A DNA stretch of 58,606 nucleotides from a virus (taxonomy: Duplodnaviria > Caudoviricetes): IMG/VR virus record IMGVR_UViG_3300027844_000607, positions 1-58,606 of that record. One strand, given 5' to 3'. Of the stretch, positions 9,113-18,741 are shown one piece after another. Each line of letters opens with the position of its first letter. The first letter of the stretch is position 1. Under the pieces are notes generated by a model that did no database searches, had not been told where the DNA came from, and saw only the letters and a list, made by a program, of their open reading frames with translations. Made by a program: the position numbers and the translations under genes.

Positions 9113-9140
9113 TATTTAGAAGATCTGTCGATGCTAAATA
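9113..9140. promoter_or_regulatory. Back-to-back late promoters (CTAAATA on - at 9113-9119 and on + at 9134-9140)
   Basis: Divergent motifs facing the glycosyltransferase operon and gp22. Confidence 0.65.
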
Positions 9141-9220
9141 GAACGACATCCTTTGCGGCGCTCATTTGCTTATGAGTGGGCACTGGAGCCAGATTCATAT
9201 TGCGTCACGTTCGCACAACG

Positions 9221-9227
9221 CTAAATA
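9221..9227 (+). promoter_or_regulatory. Late promoter (CTAAATA) for gp22
   Basis: About 50 nt upstream of the gp22 ATG; SD AGGAGA present. Confidence 0.6.
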
Positions 9228-9276
9228 CGTTATGCGGCGATAGCTTTAGTCCCGCAAATGCACAGGAGATTTTCAA

Positions 9277-10641
9277 ATGAGCGAGATAGTCAACCCAGTT
9301 TCAGCGGCGCAACTGAAGCCGCGCAATCAGGAACCAACGCACCTTGGTGGTTCATCCTTTGAGGACATTGGCGGCACGGAGCTTAACGCCAAGCCGAACA
9401 CCGCAAAGGTTGCCGTCAAGGGCGTGACCACCGATACAACCATTCCCAAGTCTGTGGCTGCGGAACCAACACATCTGAAGGGCGTCTCCGAAGGGGAGGA
9501 AGCCGACGATGATGTGAAGGTTAAGTTCGACGAAGAGGACGATGACGAGGCGAAGCTCGATGAAGCTGACGATCTCGACAAAGCCATCAAGGAAGCCTTG
9601 AACGATAAGCCCATCGACGTGAAGGTCAACGAAGAGGATGATGAGGAAGACGAGGACGAGAAGAAGGCCGTCTCCGAAGGGGAAGATGTCGTTGAGAGAG
9701 ATCCGCGATCAGTCCCGGTCAAGGAAGGTAAGGACGATGAGGATGCTGTCACCGAAGACGATGACGAGAAGCCCGAATTCCTGAAGGGGAATAAGGACAA
9801 GGTCGACGAGGAAGCCGACGAGGACGAGAAGAAGGTTGATGAGGAAGCTGACGAGGATGAGGACGAGAAGAAAGCCGTCTCCGAAGCCGTCAACATTCGT
9901 GTCAAGATGCCGGAAGCGGCGCTCTTCGAGTCTGCCGGATTCAACGCCAAACAGCAGAAGAAGGTTGCGACACTCTTTGAGTCCGCGATCAAAGTCACCA
10001 CCCGTCAGGTTACTGAGAAGCTCAACGAAGCGTACAAGATTCGCACGGAGCGACGTATTGCTGAGTCTGAGCGGAAGCTGACGGAACGCCTTAACACCTA
10101 CCTTTCGGTGGTTGTTGAGCAGTGGGTCGAAGATAACCGTGTGGACGTTCGCAAGTCGTTGCGGTCGGACCTCGCGGAGAACTTCTTGGATGGGCTACAG
10201 AGCTTGTTCAAGGAACACTACATTGACGTGCCGGAAAGCAAAGTTGATGTGGTCGAGACGCTAACGACAGAAGTGGATGAGTTGAAGGCTCAGATTAACG
10301 AGCAGGCGTCTTCCAACCTGAAGTTGCGTCGTCTGGCAGAAGCCGCAAATAAGAAACGTATTATTGCGGAGTTTGCAAGAAACATGAGTGAAACGCAGGC
10401 GGCGAAGCTGGCTAAGCTCGCTGAAAATACTGACTATGTGGATGCTACAGACTTCCGTGAGAAGTTGGGTATGTTGAAGGAAAGCTACTTCGGAGTGTCC
10501 GATAGCAAGAGTGATCTGCAATCTGGTCGTCTTCCCGAAGAGGACGTGCAGATTGTGACGGAAGAGAAGTCAGGTGTGAAGAGCGAAGCCGATGCAGTTG
10601 CAGATGCGATTTCGCGTCAGGTGAAGTCTGACACGTTCTAA
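9277..10641 (+). CDS. gp22: Prohead core scaffold protein
   Basis: KVATLFESAI, YLSVVVEQW, LFKEHYIDVPESKVDVVE and LKESYF motifs; directly upstream of gp23; long acidic N-terminus. Confidence 0.92.
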   Translation: MSEIVNPVSAAQLKPRNQEPTHLGGSSFEDIGGTELNAKPNTAKVAVKGVTTDTTIPKSVAAEPTHLKGVSEGEEADDDVKVKFDEEDDDEAKLDEADDLDKAIKEALNDKPIDVKVNEEDDEEDEDEKKAVSEGEDVVERDPRSVPVKEGKDDEDAVTEDDDEKPEFLKGNKDKVDEEADEDEKKVDEEADEDEDEKKAVSEAVNIRVKMPEAALFESAGFNAKQQKKVATLFESAIKVTTRQVTEKLNEAYKIRTERRIAESERKLTERLNTYLSVVVEQWVEDNRVDVRKSLRSDLAENFLDGLQSLFKEHYIDVPESKVDVVETLTTEVDELKAQINEQASSNLKLRRLAEAANKKRIIAEFARNMSETQAAKLAKLAENTDYVDATDFREKLGMLKESYFGVSDSKSDLQSGRLPEEDVQIVTEEKSGVKSEADAVADAISRQVKSDTF

Positions 10642-10667
10642 CTAGCTAGTTAGAACAGTTGGCTTTA

Positions 10668-10674
10668 CTAAATA
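10668..10674 (+). promoter_or_regulatory. Late promoter (CTAAATA) for gp23
   Basis: In the gp22-gp23 intergenic space. Confidence 0.7.
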
Positions 10675-10731
10675 GTTTCTACGCAGTGTCAGACAGACAA
10701 GACACGCATAACTTTCAGGGAGATTAGTACA

Positions 10732-12075
10732 ATGGCAGAATTTCTGACCGAAGACGTAAAGAAGAAGTGGGCAAAGGTTCTCGATCACCCGGATCTTCCA
10801 CCGATCAAAGAGTCATGGAAGAAGAAGGTCACTACGGTGATGCTCGAAAACACGGCCCGCGAGATGCAGAAGGCGGGCGAAGTCATGACAGAAGCCGCTC
10901 CTGCCAACCAGTCTGGTGTGTTCCCGTCTGCGACGAACCTAAAGGGATTTGATCCGATTCTCATCTCCTTGATTCGTCGTGCGATGCCGAACTTGATCGC
11001 ATACGATTTGTGCGGCGTCCAGCCAATGACTGGTCCAACCGGCCTCATCTTCGCGATGAAGTCTACGTATACCACGCAGGGTGGAACCGAGGCGCTCTTC
11101 AACGAGGCTAACACTGGGTTTGCGAACTATTCGGGCGGAACCCAGAATGGTAGCGCACCTGCTGGTAATACCTCGCAGTTGGCGACTGATACTGGCGCGG
11201 GAGGTACTTACGAGTACGACTACGTTGGTGGTTCGACCACGTTGCAGGGTGAGTCATGGGGCTCAACGGGATGCACGGCCATTCCCGAGATGGCGTTCTC
11301 TATCGACAAGGTTACGGTTACTGCGAAGACCCGTAAGCTGAAGGCAGAGTATACTATCGAAATCGCGCAGGACTTGAAGGCGGTTCACGGACTCGACGCA
11401 GAGACGGAACTTGCTAACATCCTGTCAGCGGAGATTCTTGCGGAGATTAACCGCGAGATTATTCGTACGATTTACGTGAGCGCCGTCGCGGGTGCGAACA
11501 CGAACACCACAACGGCTGGTGTGTTCGACCTCGACACGGACTCAGACGGACGCTGGATGGTTGAGCGATTTAAGGGGCTCTTCTTCCAGATTGAACGCGA
11601 TGCGAACGCCATCGCGAAGGCGACTCGTCGTGGTAAGGGGAACATCGTTCTCTGCTCGTCAGATATTGCGAGTGCCCTTGCTGCTGCGGACTATCTCCAC
11701 TATGATAGCGCCTATGACGGTAAGCTACAGGTAGATGACACGGGTTCAACCTTTGTCGGTACCTTGCAGGGTCGTTACAAGGTGTACATTGACCCGTATG
11801 CTGCGATTTCCGCAGACTCTAGCACGGCTCAGCACTTCGTGGTTGGGTATCGTGGTAGCAGCCCGTATGACGCAGGACTTTTCTACTGCCCGTACGTTCC
11901 GCTACAGATGCTCCGCGCTCAGGATCCGAACAGCTTCCAGCCGAAGATCGGATTCCAGACGCGGTATGGTGTCGTTTCTAACCCGTTCAGCAACGCGGCT
12001 GGGACGAGCGATGGTTCTATCACCGCTCGCGCTAACCAGTACTACAGGGTTGTGAACGTTCGCAACTTGATGTAA
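10732..12075 (+). CDS. gp23: Major capsid protein
   Basis: DPILISLIRRAMPNLIAYDLCGVQPMTGPTGLIFAM, LAQDLKAVHGLDAE-like segment, FYCPYVPL and FQPKIGF motifs; probable maturation site VMTE/AAP. Confidence 0.98.
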   Translation: MAEFLTEDVKKKWAKVLDHPDLPPIKESWKKKVTTVMLENTAREMQKAGEVMTEAAPANQSGVFPSATNLKGFDPILISLIRRAMPNLIAYDLCGVQPMTGPTGLIFAMKSTYTTQGGTEALFNEANTGFANYSGGTQNGSAPAGNTSQLATDTGAGGTYEYDYVGGSTTLQGESWGSTGCTAIPEMAFSIDKVTVTAKTRKLKAEYTIEIAQDLKAVHGLDAETELANILSAEILAEINREIIRTIYVSAVAGANTNTTTAGVFDLDTDSDGRWMVERFKGLFFQIERDANAIAKATRRGKGNIVLCSSDIASALAAADYLHYDSAYDGKLQVDDTGSTFVGTLQGRYKVYIDPYAAISADSSTAQHFVVGYRGSSPYDAGLFYCPYVPLQMLRAQDPNSFQPKIGFQTRYGVVSNPFSNAAGTSDGSITARANQYYRVVNVRNLM

Positions 12076-12107
12076 GTTCGCTTAACGATTCGCTACCGTT
12101 AGGATTG

Positions 12108-12140
12108 CCCCTGAGAGGTTCGCCTCTCAGGGGTTTTTTT
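12108..12140 (+). terminator. Rho-independent terminator after gp23
   Basis: CCCCTGAGAGG-TTCG-CCTCTCAGGGG perfect 11-bp stem with UUCG loop, followed by a T7 run. Confidence 0.92.
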
Positions 12141-12142
12141 GT

Positions 12143-13507
12143 CTATGGCCATGACTCTAGTAGATGATCAAAGTGCGTTTCCGCTTCGCCATAAAACTTA
12201 AAGATTGACAGCATAACAAAGGTGTTTTTTATTGATTGTAGTTTAGATGGGGTCATGGGATTCACATCATCAAAATACACGCCAATGTTATTGGCATAGG
12301 GAATGAAAAAGAAAATAAAAAACTTAAAAGCCGTCAGATAATTAAACGTGATCCTCGAATTGATTAAAATAGTGCCTCTCGCAAATTTATGTTTCATCAA
12401 AAACATGAATGTCTCCGAGGATACCGCTATGTCATACGAATCCTCTGGCCCAAGTTCCACAAATCTTCGTGACGATAAATGTATTTCAAACACTTTGTGT
12501 AGATCTGACACCAAGACCTTGAGAGAAAATTCATGTTTATTTTTTGGCAGGGTATTGTTGGTGAGCAAACTGTCATGAAACGCATAATATGATTGTTCAA
12601 GATCAGAGATATTTGAAATCGTGTTCGTGGTATGTTTAATTTCGACGGCATCATGGAGATGCGACCAATACGCGATAGACTTTTTGCTGTTCAGATGGGT
12701 GTGTTGTGCATCAAGTTCTCTGGATAAATCGAATGCCTCATTCGGCATGGGCACAATTGGTATCACATCGTTGTTCAGGTTTTTGATCGTGTCATAGGCA
12801 TGGTGAATATACTGATTGTCATTCCAATAAAAATTCTCTTCGTGTGAAAAGAACACATAGCTGGCAAACAATAAACACGACTTTGGATTGAGCGTCTGTA
12901 CGATGTATTTATTTTTTTCATCTATTAGTTTTTGCTGACCAATTGATATCTTTTGATCCCCCGGATTCCCTGCCCAGTTCGCATACGAAAATTGAAAAGA
13001 CACCATATCAAGTTTTCTATTATGTAAGTGAGGAAGGATTTCTTTTTCTAGGGCGTTGTTTACATCGACTCTTGCATCATTCACATTTAAGAAGGAATGA
13101 CCATTTTCGAATAAGCACAAGATAGAGGAATCATAACCATCAGACACAAATGAAACTATCTGGAGATCATCGATAGTCACGTTTTGGTTATGAGGCAGTT
13201 CAATGACTTGATGTCCTTGAGATTCAAGAAAATTCTTAACTTTTTTATCTACGGTTTCCTGATATAAAAACTTTGTTTTTGTATGCAGGTCTTTCAACGT
13301 AGGTATTGAAAAATGATCTGGATGCTCATGTGAGATCCAGATATAGTCAAAGTCTACGTTGTTGATATCATGAGAATTTTCACATAACAACGACCATCCA
13401 TCTTGAAAGGCCGTGCCTTTGAACCACGGGTCGCAGAGGATTTTTATTTCATTGGTTTCAATGATTAGGGAAGCATGATTCAAAAATCGTACGTTGCTTG
13501 GGTTCAT
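12143..13507 (-). CDS. MBL-fold metallo-hydrolase (UlaG/CMP-Neu5Ac hydroxylase-like)
   Basis: FLNHAS, CDPWFKGTAFQDGW and ISHEHPDH (HxHxDH); visibly more AT-rich than its flanks. Confidence 0.7.
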   Translation of the reverse strand: MNPSNVRFLNHASLIIETNEIKILCDPWFKGTAFQDGWSLLCENSHDINNVDFDYIWISHEHPDHFSIPTLKDLHTKTKFLYQETVDKKVKNFLESQGHQVIELPHNQNVTIDDLQIVSFVSDGYDSSILCLFENGHSFLNVNDARVDVNNALEKEILPHLHNRKLDMVSFQFSYANWAGNPGDQKISIGQQKLIDEKNKYIVQTLNPKSCLLFASYVFFSHEENFYWNDNQYIHHAYDTIKNLNNDVIPIVPMPNEAFDLSRELDAQHTHLNSKKSIAYWSHLHDAVEIKHTTNTISNISDLEQSYYAFHDSLLTNNTLPKNKHEFSLKVLVSDLHKVFEIHLSSRRFVELGPEDSYDIAVSSETFMFLMKHKFARGTILINSRITFNYLTAFKFFIFFFIPYANNIGVYFDDVNPMTPSKLQSIKNTFVMLSIFKFYGEAETHFDHLLESWP

Positions 13508-13608
13508 GTTGTCTATGTTAGAGAGTACACCCCGTACAGGCGGACCAACTAGCGTAGGTGAAGATCGCGAGTGATACTAAGATTATGGCCCATCGTATTG
13601 ATTGCATA

Positions 13609-15264
13609 TTATGATTTCCAAAACACATGTACAGGTTCATATTTCATAATTTTTCCATTCTCTAGTTTGAGATAATTCTTCGCTGTTGCTTTGCCGTCTT
13701 CCGTCACACGATTCGCTCCGGGCATGTTCATGAGTGCCATGAGAATAGTTTCCTTGTATTCAAACCCAAGTTCTTTTGCAATCGCAATGCTATCCTGCTC
13801 CAACGGTAGATACGTCTTTCCTACCTTCAAGTCTGCAATGTTCCAGAGCATATACCGTTCGTGGTTCAGGAAGTCATACGCATTCTGCAACGTCGGGCGC
13901 AGGAAGTGATCACGCCATTCACCGTAGGTTGTATACTTCTTATAGCTCTGGTTCTCATCCTCGCTATACGCCTCACGATTGAAATACGGTGGTGACGAGA
14001 ACACCAAGTCGCCGCGGCCCTTGAGCAGCTTGAAGGCCGGCGTCGTGTGGAAAAGCTCACTCCCAAGTTGGTACACATGCGACCGATGCTCTTTTTCTTC
14101 GTCCTTATACAACGACCCATCACCCGTCGATGACTCGATGCGTACTTTGTTATATGCGTCGGCAATAACACGATAGATACTCGTACCGTCTTTATAGAAG
14201 GCGGGATTCGGATCAGTGCCGACATAGTTCAAATGTTGCATGTCACCATTCGGTAGCTGTTGGTTGAATGACATCGCACCAATAAGGCGCCCCGCCCAGC
14301 CCGCCGAGGGATCCCACACGTTGACCGCTTGCGCCTTGACGTGCTGGAGGAACGTTTGATAAAGCAGCTTCGCGGTCAACGGTGGGTAGTTTACCGCATA
14401 CTGACACATCGAAATACGAAAGCTCCGAAACAGATTCGGAAACAACCGTTGTCCCTTGTCATAAATGCGGATATGGAATTCGTGTTCTGAATTCTCATGT
14501 TTCGGAAGAATGTTTCGACGTGTGATCAATGGCAACCAGCCGCGTGATAACGCATTACTGAATTCGTCAAACGACAACGCCATCAGAGTTTCAGTTCGCA
14601 TTTTATCATTGTAACCGGAATATTGCGTTTCTTTATTCACGGGCTTCGCTTCTAACAACAACTCTTGTTCGCCATACTTTCGTTCATGCACATGAAACAA
14701 TTCAACGAACTGGATAGCGGTGGCGGGTACCACCTCAGAGCGATGTTTCAGCGCCGTACCGCCCGTCACGGTCAATGCACACATGTAGAAGCTATCACGC
14801 AAGAAATGACGACGAGCGTACGGCAAATATCGTTTGAACAACTCTGGACTCGCGAAGAAATTGTAAATACTCCGGCCGTCATCTTTCGCCGTGTAATTGA
14901 TGCGAGTCTTGTACATCTCCGAGGCGTGCCAGGCGTTCACCGCACTCCCCGTGCTAACGTGCGTATTATGAATGACTCGCCGGTTAGTCAGTGTGTCGTT
15001 CTTCCAGAACTTCCCCGTAACAAAACCCGCCAGCTTCGAGAAGTCCTTGTCAATTTCACCTAGTGTCCACCCGCGGCGTGGCGGAATGCTCTCTTCGTCC
15101 CAAGACTTCAAGAAGGATTCCCGCATATGAAACACATATGCCTCAAACTCCTTATCTGACATAGCCAGAATATCATCGAACGTGCAGTTCACGGTCGGGT
15201 CGTCTAACAGCGGATGGAGACGTGCTATCGGAAAGATGTCGGTCGTCGTTTCAATAGCTATCAA
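13609..15264 (-). CDS. Large amino-type DNA methyltransferase (probably m4C, possibly m6A)
   Basis: SAM-binding WDPSAGWAGRL followed by catalytic FSSPPYF; 551 aa. Confidence 0.75.
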   Translation of the reverse strand: MIAIETTTDIFPIARLHPLLDDPTVNCTFDDILAMSDKEFEAYVFHMRESFLKSWDEESIPPRRGWTLGEIDKDFSKLAGFVTGKFWKNDTLTNRRVIHNTHVSTGSAVNAWHASEMYKTRINYTAKDDGRSIYNFFASPELFKRYLPYARRHFLRDSFYMCALTVTGGTALKHRSEVVPATAIQFVELFHVHERKYGEQELLLEAKPVNKETQYSGYNDKMRTETLMALSFDEFSNALSRGWLPLITRRNILPKHENSEHEFHIRIYDKGQRLFPNLFRSFRISMCQYAVNYPPLTAKLLYQTFLQHVKAQAVNVWDPSAGWAGRLIGAMSFNQQLPNGDMQHLNYVGTDPNPAFYKDGTSIYRVIADAYNKVRIESSTGDGSLYKDEEKEHRSHVYQLGSELFHTTPAFKLLKGRGDLVFSSPPYFNREAYSEDENQSYKKYTTYGEWRDHFLRPTLQNAYDFLNHERYMLWNIADLKVGKTYLPLEQDSIAIAKELGFEYKETILMALMNMPGANRVTEDGKATAKNYLKLENGKIMKYEPVHVFWKS

Positions 15265-15311
15265 AAATAATCACCACACTTGGAAAAGGCGCAGATTGCG
15301 CGACTCCTGCT

Positions 15312-15340
15312 ATTGTATCACTTGTGCGTCGAAACTTCAA
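15312..15340 (-). promoter_or_regulatory. Sigma70-type early promoter
   Basis: TTGAAG-17 nt-TACAAT with extended TGn, upstream of the methyltransferase. Confidence 0.7.
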
Positions 15341-15354
15341 GCGTTGGCCGCGCA

Positions 15355-17058
15355 CTATTTTCTCAGCATGGTGAAGCCGCGATCTTTAATAAAATGTAAC
15401 ACATGATGAAATTTGTCAATCAACTGATCCGTCTTGTGTGAAATGACAAAGACGTTCGCCTTCTCCAACGATTGAATGATCTTCAAGAACTCTTCGGTGC
15501 CGGACGCGTCTAATGAAGAGTCGAAGACCTCGTCGAGTACGAGTATGTTACACGCGGCACTGTTCTTCATTCGCGCCACCGCTCGCCATGTGAGCAGCAA
15601 CGCCAAGTCAATGCGCTTCTTCTCTCCTTCGCTGAACGAGTCATAAGCAAACTCTTCACGGTGGCTCGACTGGATATGTTCATTAAACTCCGTGTCAAGC
15701 GTGAAGTGAATGGGAAAGTCCATTGATGTCAGATAGAAATTGATCTGCTTGTTAATGATCGGCAAATAGTGTTTGATGATCCGTGACTTGATACCGCTAT
15801 CCTTGAGCAGCGTGTTTGCCGTGTCTAAAATGGCGCGACGGCGGGATACACTTTCATGCTCTACTGTCACCTCGGCAATGCGGGCCACGATCTCGCCAAT
15901 GTCTATCGTCTTGGTCGCGGTCGGTGTTTGTACCGCGGCGTGTTCCGCTTGTAGCTCCGACAACCGCCGTGTGTGCATCGGCGTCTGCACCGTCACCGTG
16001 TGGAGTTCCTGACTTAACGTGTTTGCTTCCTGCAAGTCGTTGTCGTATCCTTGCACCAGCAGGTCATACTTCTCCACCAACCCACGACACTGATCCACGG
16101 CCGTCTGCGTGTCTGTTTCTTTACGAGTGAGGCGTGCGTATTTGCTGTCCTTGAACGTTTCAGTAATCGGCTGAGCGCACGTCGGGCATTCATCGTGAGA
16201 CTCATAGAAGTTTCGTTCTTTGGTCAACTTCTTTGCGCGTGTTTCGATTTCTTTGCGTGTCTGCCGAAACTCCCGTGCCTTGACCGATGCTTTGTCTACG
16301 GCATCTTTCACCACATCAAACACGGCAATAGATTCACGCAACGCCTCGGCACGGTCTTGTAGTTCCACCAACGTGGCCTGGGTTTTCTGAATAGTAGCAT
16401 CGATGTTCGCCAGGCGCTCGTCAATGTCTTCCTGCGCCTGCGCCGTGAAGTTTTCCGACATGCGTTTCTGTTCATCGAACAACGTTCGCTGTTGCATCAG
16501 GCTATCGATTTTCGTTTTCACTGTCGCAAGTTCGTCTTTCGTCAGCGACGCCATCGCAGAGAAGATTTCAATGTCGAGCAGGTCTTCAACGATTTCACGA
16601 CGCACTGTCGGCGACAAGCGCATGAACGGCACATAGGACGCGCTCCCGAGAACCACAATCTGAAGAAAGGATTTGTGGTTCATGCCGATAATATGATCTT
16701 CTAACATCCGCTGATAATCGTTTAACGATGCGGGTTGTGGTAACAACACGCCATCCTGATGAATCTCAAACACATTTGGTTTGATACCACGCCTGATGTA
16801 GTAGGCATGTTCGCCCACATTAAACCAGAGTTCCACCACGGCGTCGCGTTTATTAGTTGTATTCACAAGCAGCGGTTTGTTGATGCTCCGCAACGCCCGA
16901 CCGAACAAGGCGAAGCACACGGCTTCCGTCATCGTGGACTTGCCCGCACCGTTGCGGCCGACGATCAACGTCGAGGCGTGTCGGTTCAACGGCACCTCTA
17001 TCGGAACGTTGCCTGTCGCTAGAAAATTTTGGTATTTCACGCGATCAAAAATAATCAT
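15355..17058 (-). CDS. gp46: Recombination endonuclease ATPase subunit (SbcC/Rad50-like)
   Basis: Walker A GRNGAGKST, zinc hook CPTC, signature FSEGEK, Walker B LVLDEVFDSSLD. Confidence 0.96.
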   Translation of the reverse strand: MIIFDRVKYQNFLATGNVPIEVPLNRHASTLIVGRNGAGKSTMTEAVCFALFGRALRSINKPLLVNTTNKRDAVVELWFNVGEHAYYIRRGIKPNVFEIHQDGVLLPQPASLNDYQRMLEDHIIGMNHKSFLQIVVLGSASYVPFMRLSPTVRREIVEDLLDIEIFSAMASLTKDELATVKTKIDSLMQQRTLFDEQKRMSENFTAQAQEDIDERLANIDATIQKTQATLVELQDRAEALRESIAVFDVVKDAVDKASVKAREFRQTRKEIETRAKKLTKERNFYESHDECPTCAQPITETFKDSKYARLTRKETDTQTAVDQCRGLVEKYDLLVQGYDNDLQEANTLSQELHTVTVQTPMHTRRLSELQAEHAAVQTPTATKTIDIGEIVARIAEVTVEHESVSRRRAILDTANTLLKDSGIKSRIIKHYLPIINKQINFYLTSMDFPIHFTLDTEFNEHIQSSHREEFAYDSFSEGEKKRIDLALLLTWRAVARMKNSAACNILVLDEVFDSSLDASGTEEFLKIIQSLEKANVFVISHKTDQLIDKFHHVLHFIKDRGFTMLRK

Positions 17059-17063
17059 CTAAT

Positions 17064-18161
17064 CTATTGTACTCGGGCAGATTGTGTCACCGACATGGCA
17101 TCGCGATAGACATCTTGTAGATACCGTTGGAGTTCTTTCTTGTCACACGTTACGGATAAACTATCCACGTAATCTTCCATCAAGGTGAGCGTATCAATAT
17201 CCGTCGAAAGATCATCGGCCGTCGCCTCTTGTGTCATCAACGCCACGTCATCCACGACCATTACATCTTGAGCATTCACTTTCGCCAATGCGTCCATTAA
17301 CAAGTCAAACCAATACGGTTGTGCCTTGGACTTCACGACAACTTTCACATAGGCATCGTGGTGTGGTGACGCCGGATCCATGACCGTTTGAATGAGCTTT
17401 TCGATATACTGCGGGGGCTGATCCGCGTCATCATACATCATTCGCACAAACATGCTGTACGGGTTCTCGATGAACGTGAGAACGCACGTCTCCGTGTCGA
17501 ATAAATGGAAGCCGCGGGGGTCACGGTAATCACTCCACATCATCGAATATGGTGCGCCAAGATACTGTATCGGGTGCCGTGATGACCGATGATGAAAGTG
17601 TCCTGACATGACAAGCCCAAACCGATCAAACAACGCAGGATCCATTCCCTCATGAGCGGGCATGCCGCGGTACATCAAAAAGCCTTGCATTTGCATATGT
17701 CCAAGGACAACAGCACACGCAGAGGTTTCGATCAGCCGCATGGATTCCTCACGATTGCTCTCACAAATCCACGGAAGCAGAAGAATCCCACGGCCGTCAA
17801 CATCGATTTCCACGGGCCGACTGTGGATGCGAATTGTGCTATCGTGTCGGTACAATTCTTCTACAGAATTGATCTCGGTACTCTCACGAAGAAAGCAATC
17901 ATGGTTGCCAACGATCACGTCCTCAACAATACCACGCTGCCGCAATGGTACACGATACGATTCTTCGACGAACCGTGCGGTCGCAAAGTTAATATACTTT
18001 CGACGGTCGCCATAATCACCCCCGTGCAAGACGCGAGTAATGCCGTGCGTATCCAACGTTGGAAAGAATACGTGGTCAAAGAATTTCTTCTGTGACATAC
18101 GCATGGCGTCGCTATCGTTTCGCACACCGAAATGGGTGTCCGTGATGATCGCTACGTTCAA
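17064..18161 (-). CDS. gp47: Recombination endonuclease nuclease subunit (SbcD/Mre11-like)
   Basis: ITDTHFG, GGD, VGNHD, LGH and SGHFH phosphoesterase motifs; adjacent to gp46. Confidence 0.96.
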   Translation of the reverse strand: MNVAIITDTHFGVRNDSDAMRMSQKKFFDHVFFPTLDTHGITRVLHGGDYGDRRKYINFATARFVEESYRVPLRQRGIVEDVIVGNHDCFLRESTEINSVEELYRHDSTIRIHSRPVEIDVDGRGILLLPWICESNREESMRLIETSACAVVLGHMQMQGFLMYRGMPAHEGMDPALFDRFGLVMSGHFHHRSSRHPIQYLGAPYSMMWSDYRDPRGFHLFDTETCVLTFIENPYSMFVRMMYDDADQPPQYIEKLIQTVMDPASPHHDAYVKVVVKSKAQPYWFDLLMDALAKVNAQDVMVVDDVALMTQEATADDLSTDIDTLTLMEDYVDSLSVTCDKKELQRYLQDVYRDAMSVTQSARVQ

Positions 18162-18697
18162 GCAACCACCGATTTTTTACTCACGCGGCGCCGGTCCCGC
18201 CGCCTGTCCGTATACTCGTCAAACTTCCGAATAAATTCCTGTACGTTTTCAAACGACAGTAGTTCTGTATCGATATGAAAATGTCCGGCGCCATCCGGTG
18301 AGGTTTGTGTGGTCCCCGACACAATCGCGTTCTCAATCAGTTTATATTTTAGATAGGTATGTTTGCGTTCGCGTTGAATACGTCGGACGAAGGCATAGTA
18401 GATAACCGAGGTGAAATAGCCGAACGGATTCTTCGATTTGCGTGGATTGAAATTGTGCATATACATCAAACAATTTTCCACGCCATCGCTGACCATATCT
18501 TCACGAAATGTGTAGTTGATGAAGTTCGGTCGATACGACAGATGGGTCGCAATTTTCAGAAAACATTCGCCAACAAATTCAGGAATGGGTGGGTTCTTTC
18601 GTCCGCGCTTTTTCGTCTTAAAGCACGCACTTCGGAATTCCGTCAATGCTTTTAGGAATGCCTTGTTGTCGATGTAGTGTTCAGTGGGTTTCGCCAT
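18158..18697 (-). CDS. gp55: Late-transcription sigma factor
   Basis: HYIDNKAFL...FLKIATHLSYRPNFINYTFREDMVSDGVENC...NPFGYFT; SD GGAGG before ATG 18697. Confidence 0.95.
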   Translation of the reverse strand: MAKPTEHYIDNKAFLKALTEFRSACFKTKKRGRKNPPIPEFVGECFLKIATHLSYRPNFINYTFREDMVSDGVENCLMYMHNFNPRKSKNPFGYFTSVIYYAFVRRIQRERKHTYLKYKLIENAIVSGTTQTSPDGAGHFHIDTELLSFENVQEFIRKFDEYTDRRRDRRRVSKKSVVA

Positions 18698-18741
18698 AGG
18701 CCTCCAAATGTGAAACAAAATTTATACAAAACAAGATCTCT

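Noticed and set aside
9327-10001. 224-aa poly-Ser ORF on the minus strand
   Set aside because: Antisense shadow of the Glu/Asp codons of gp22.
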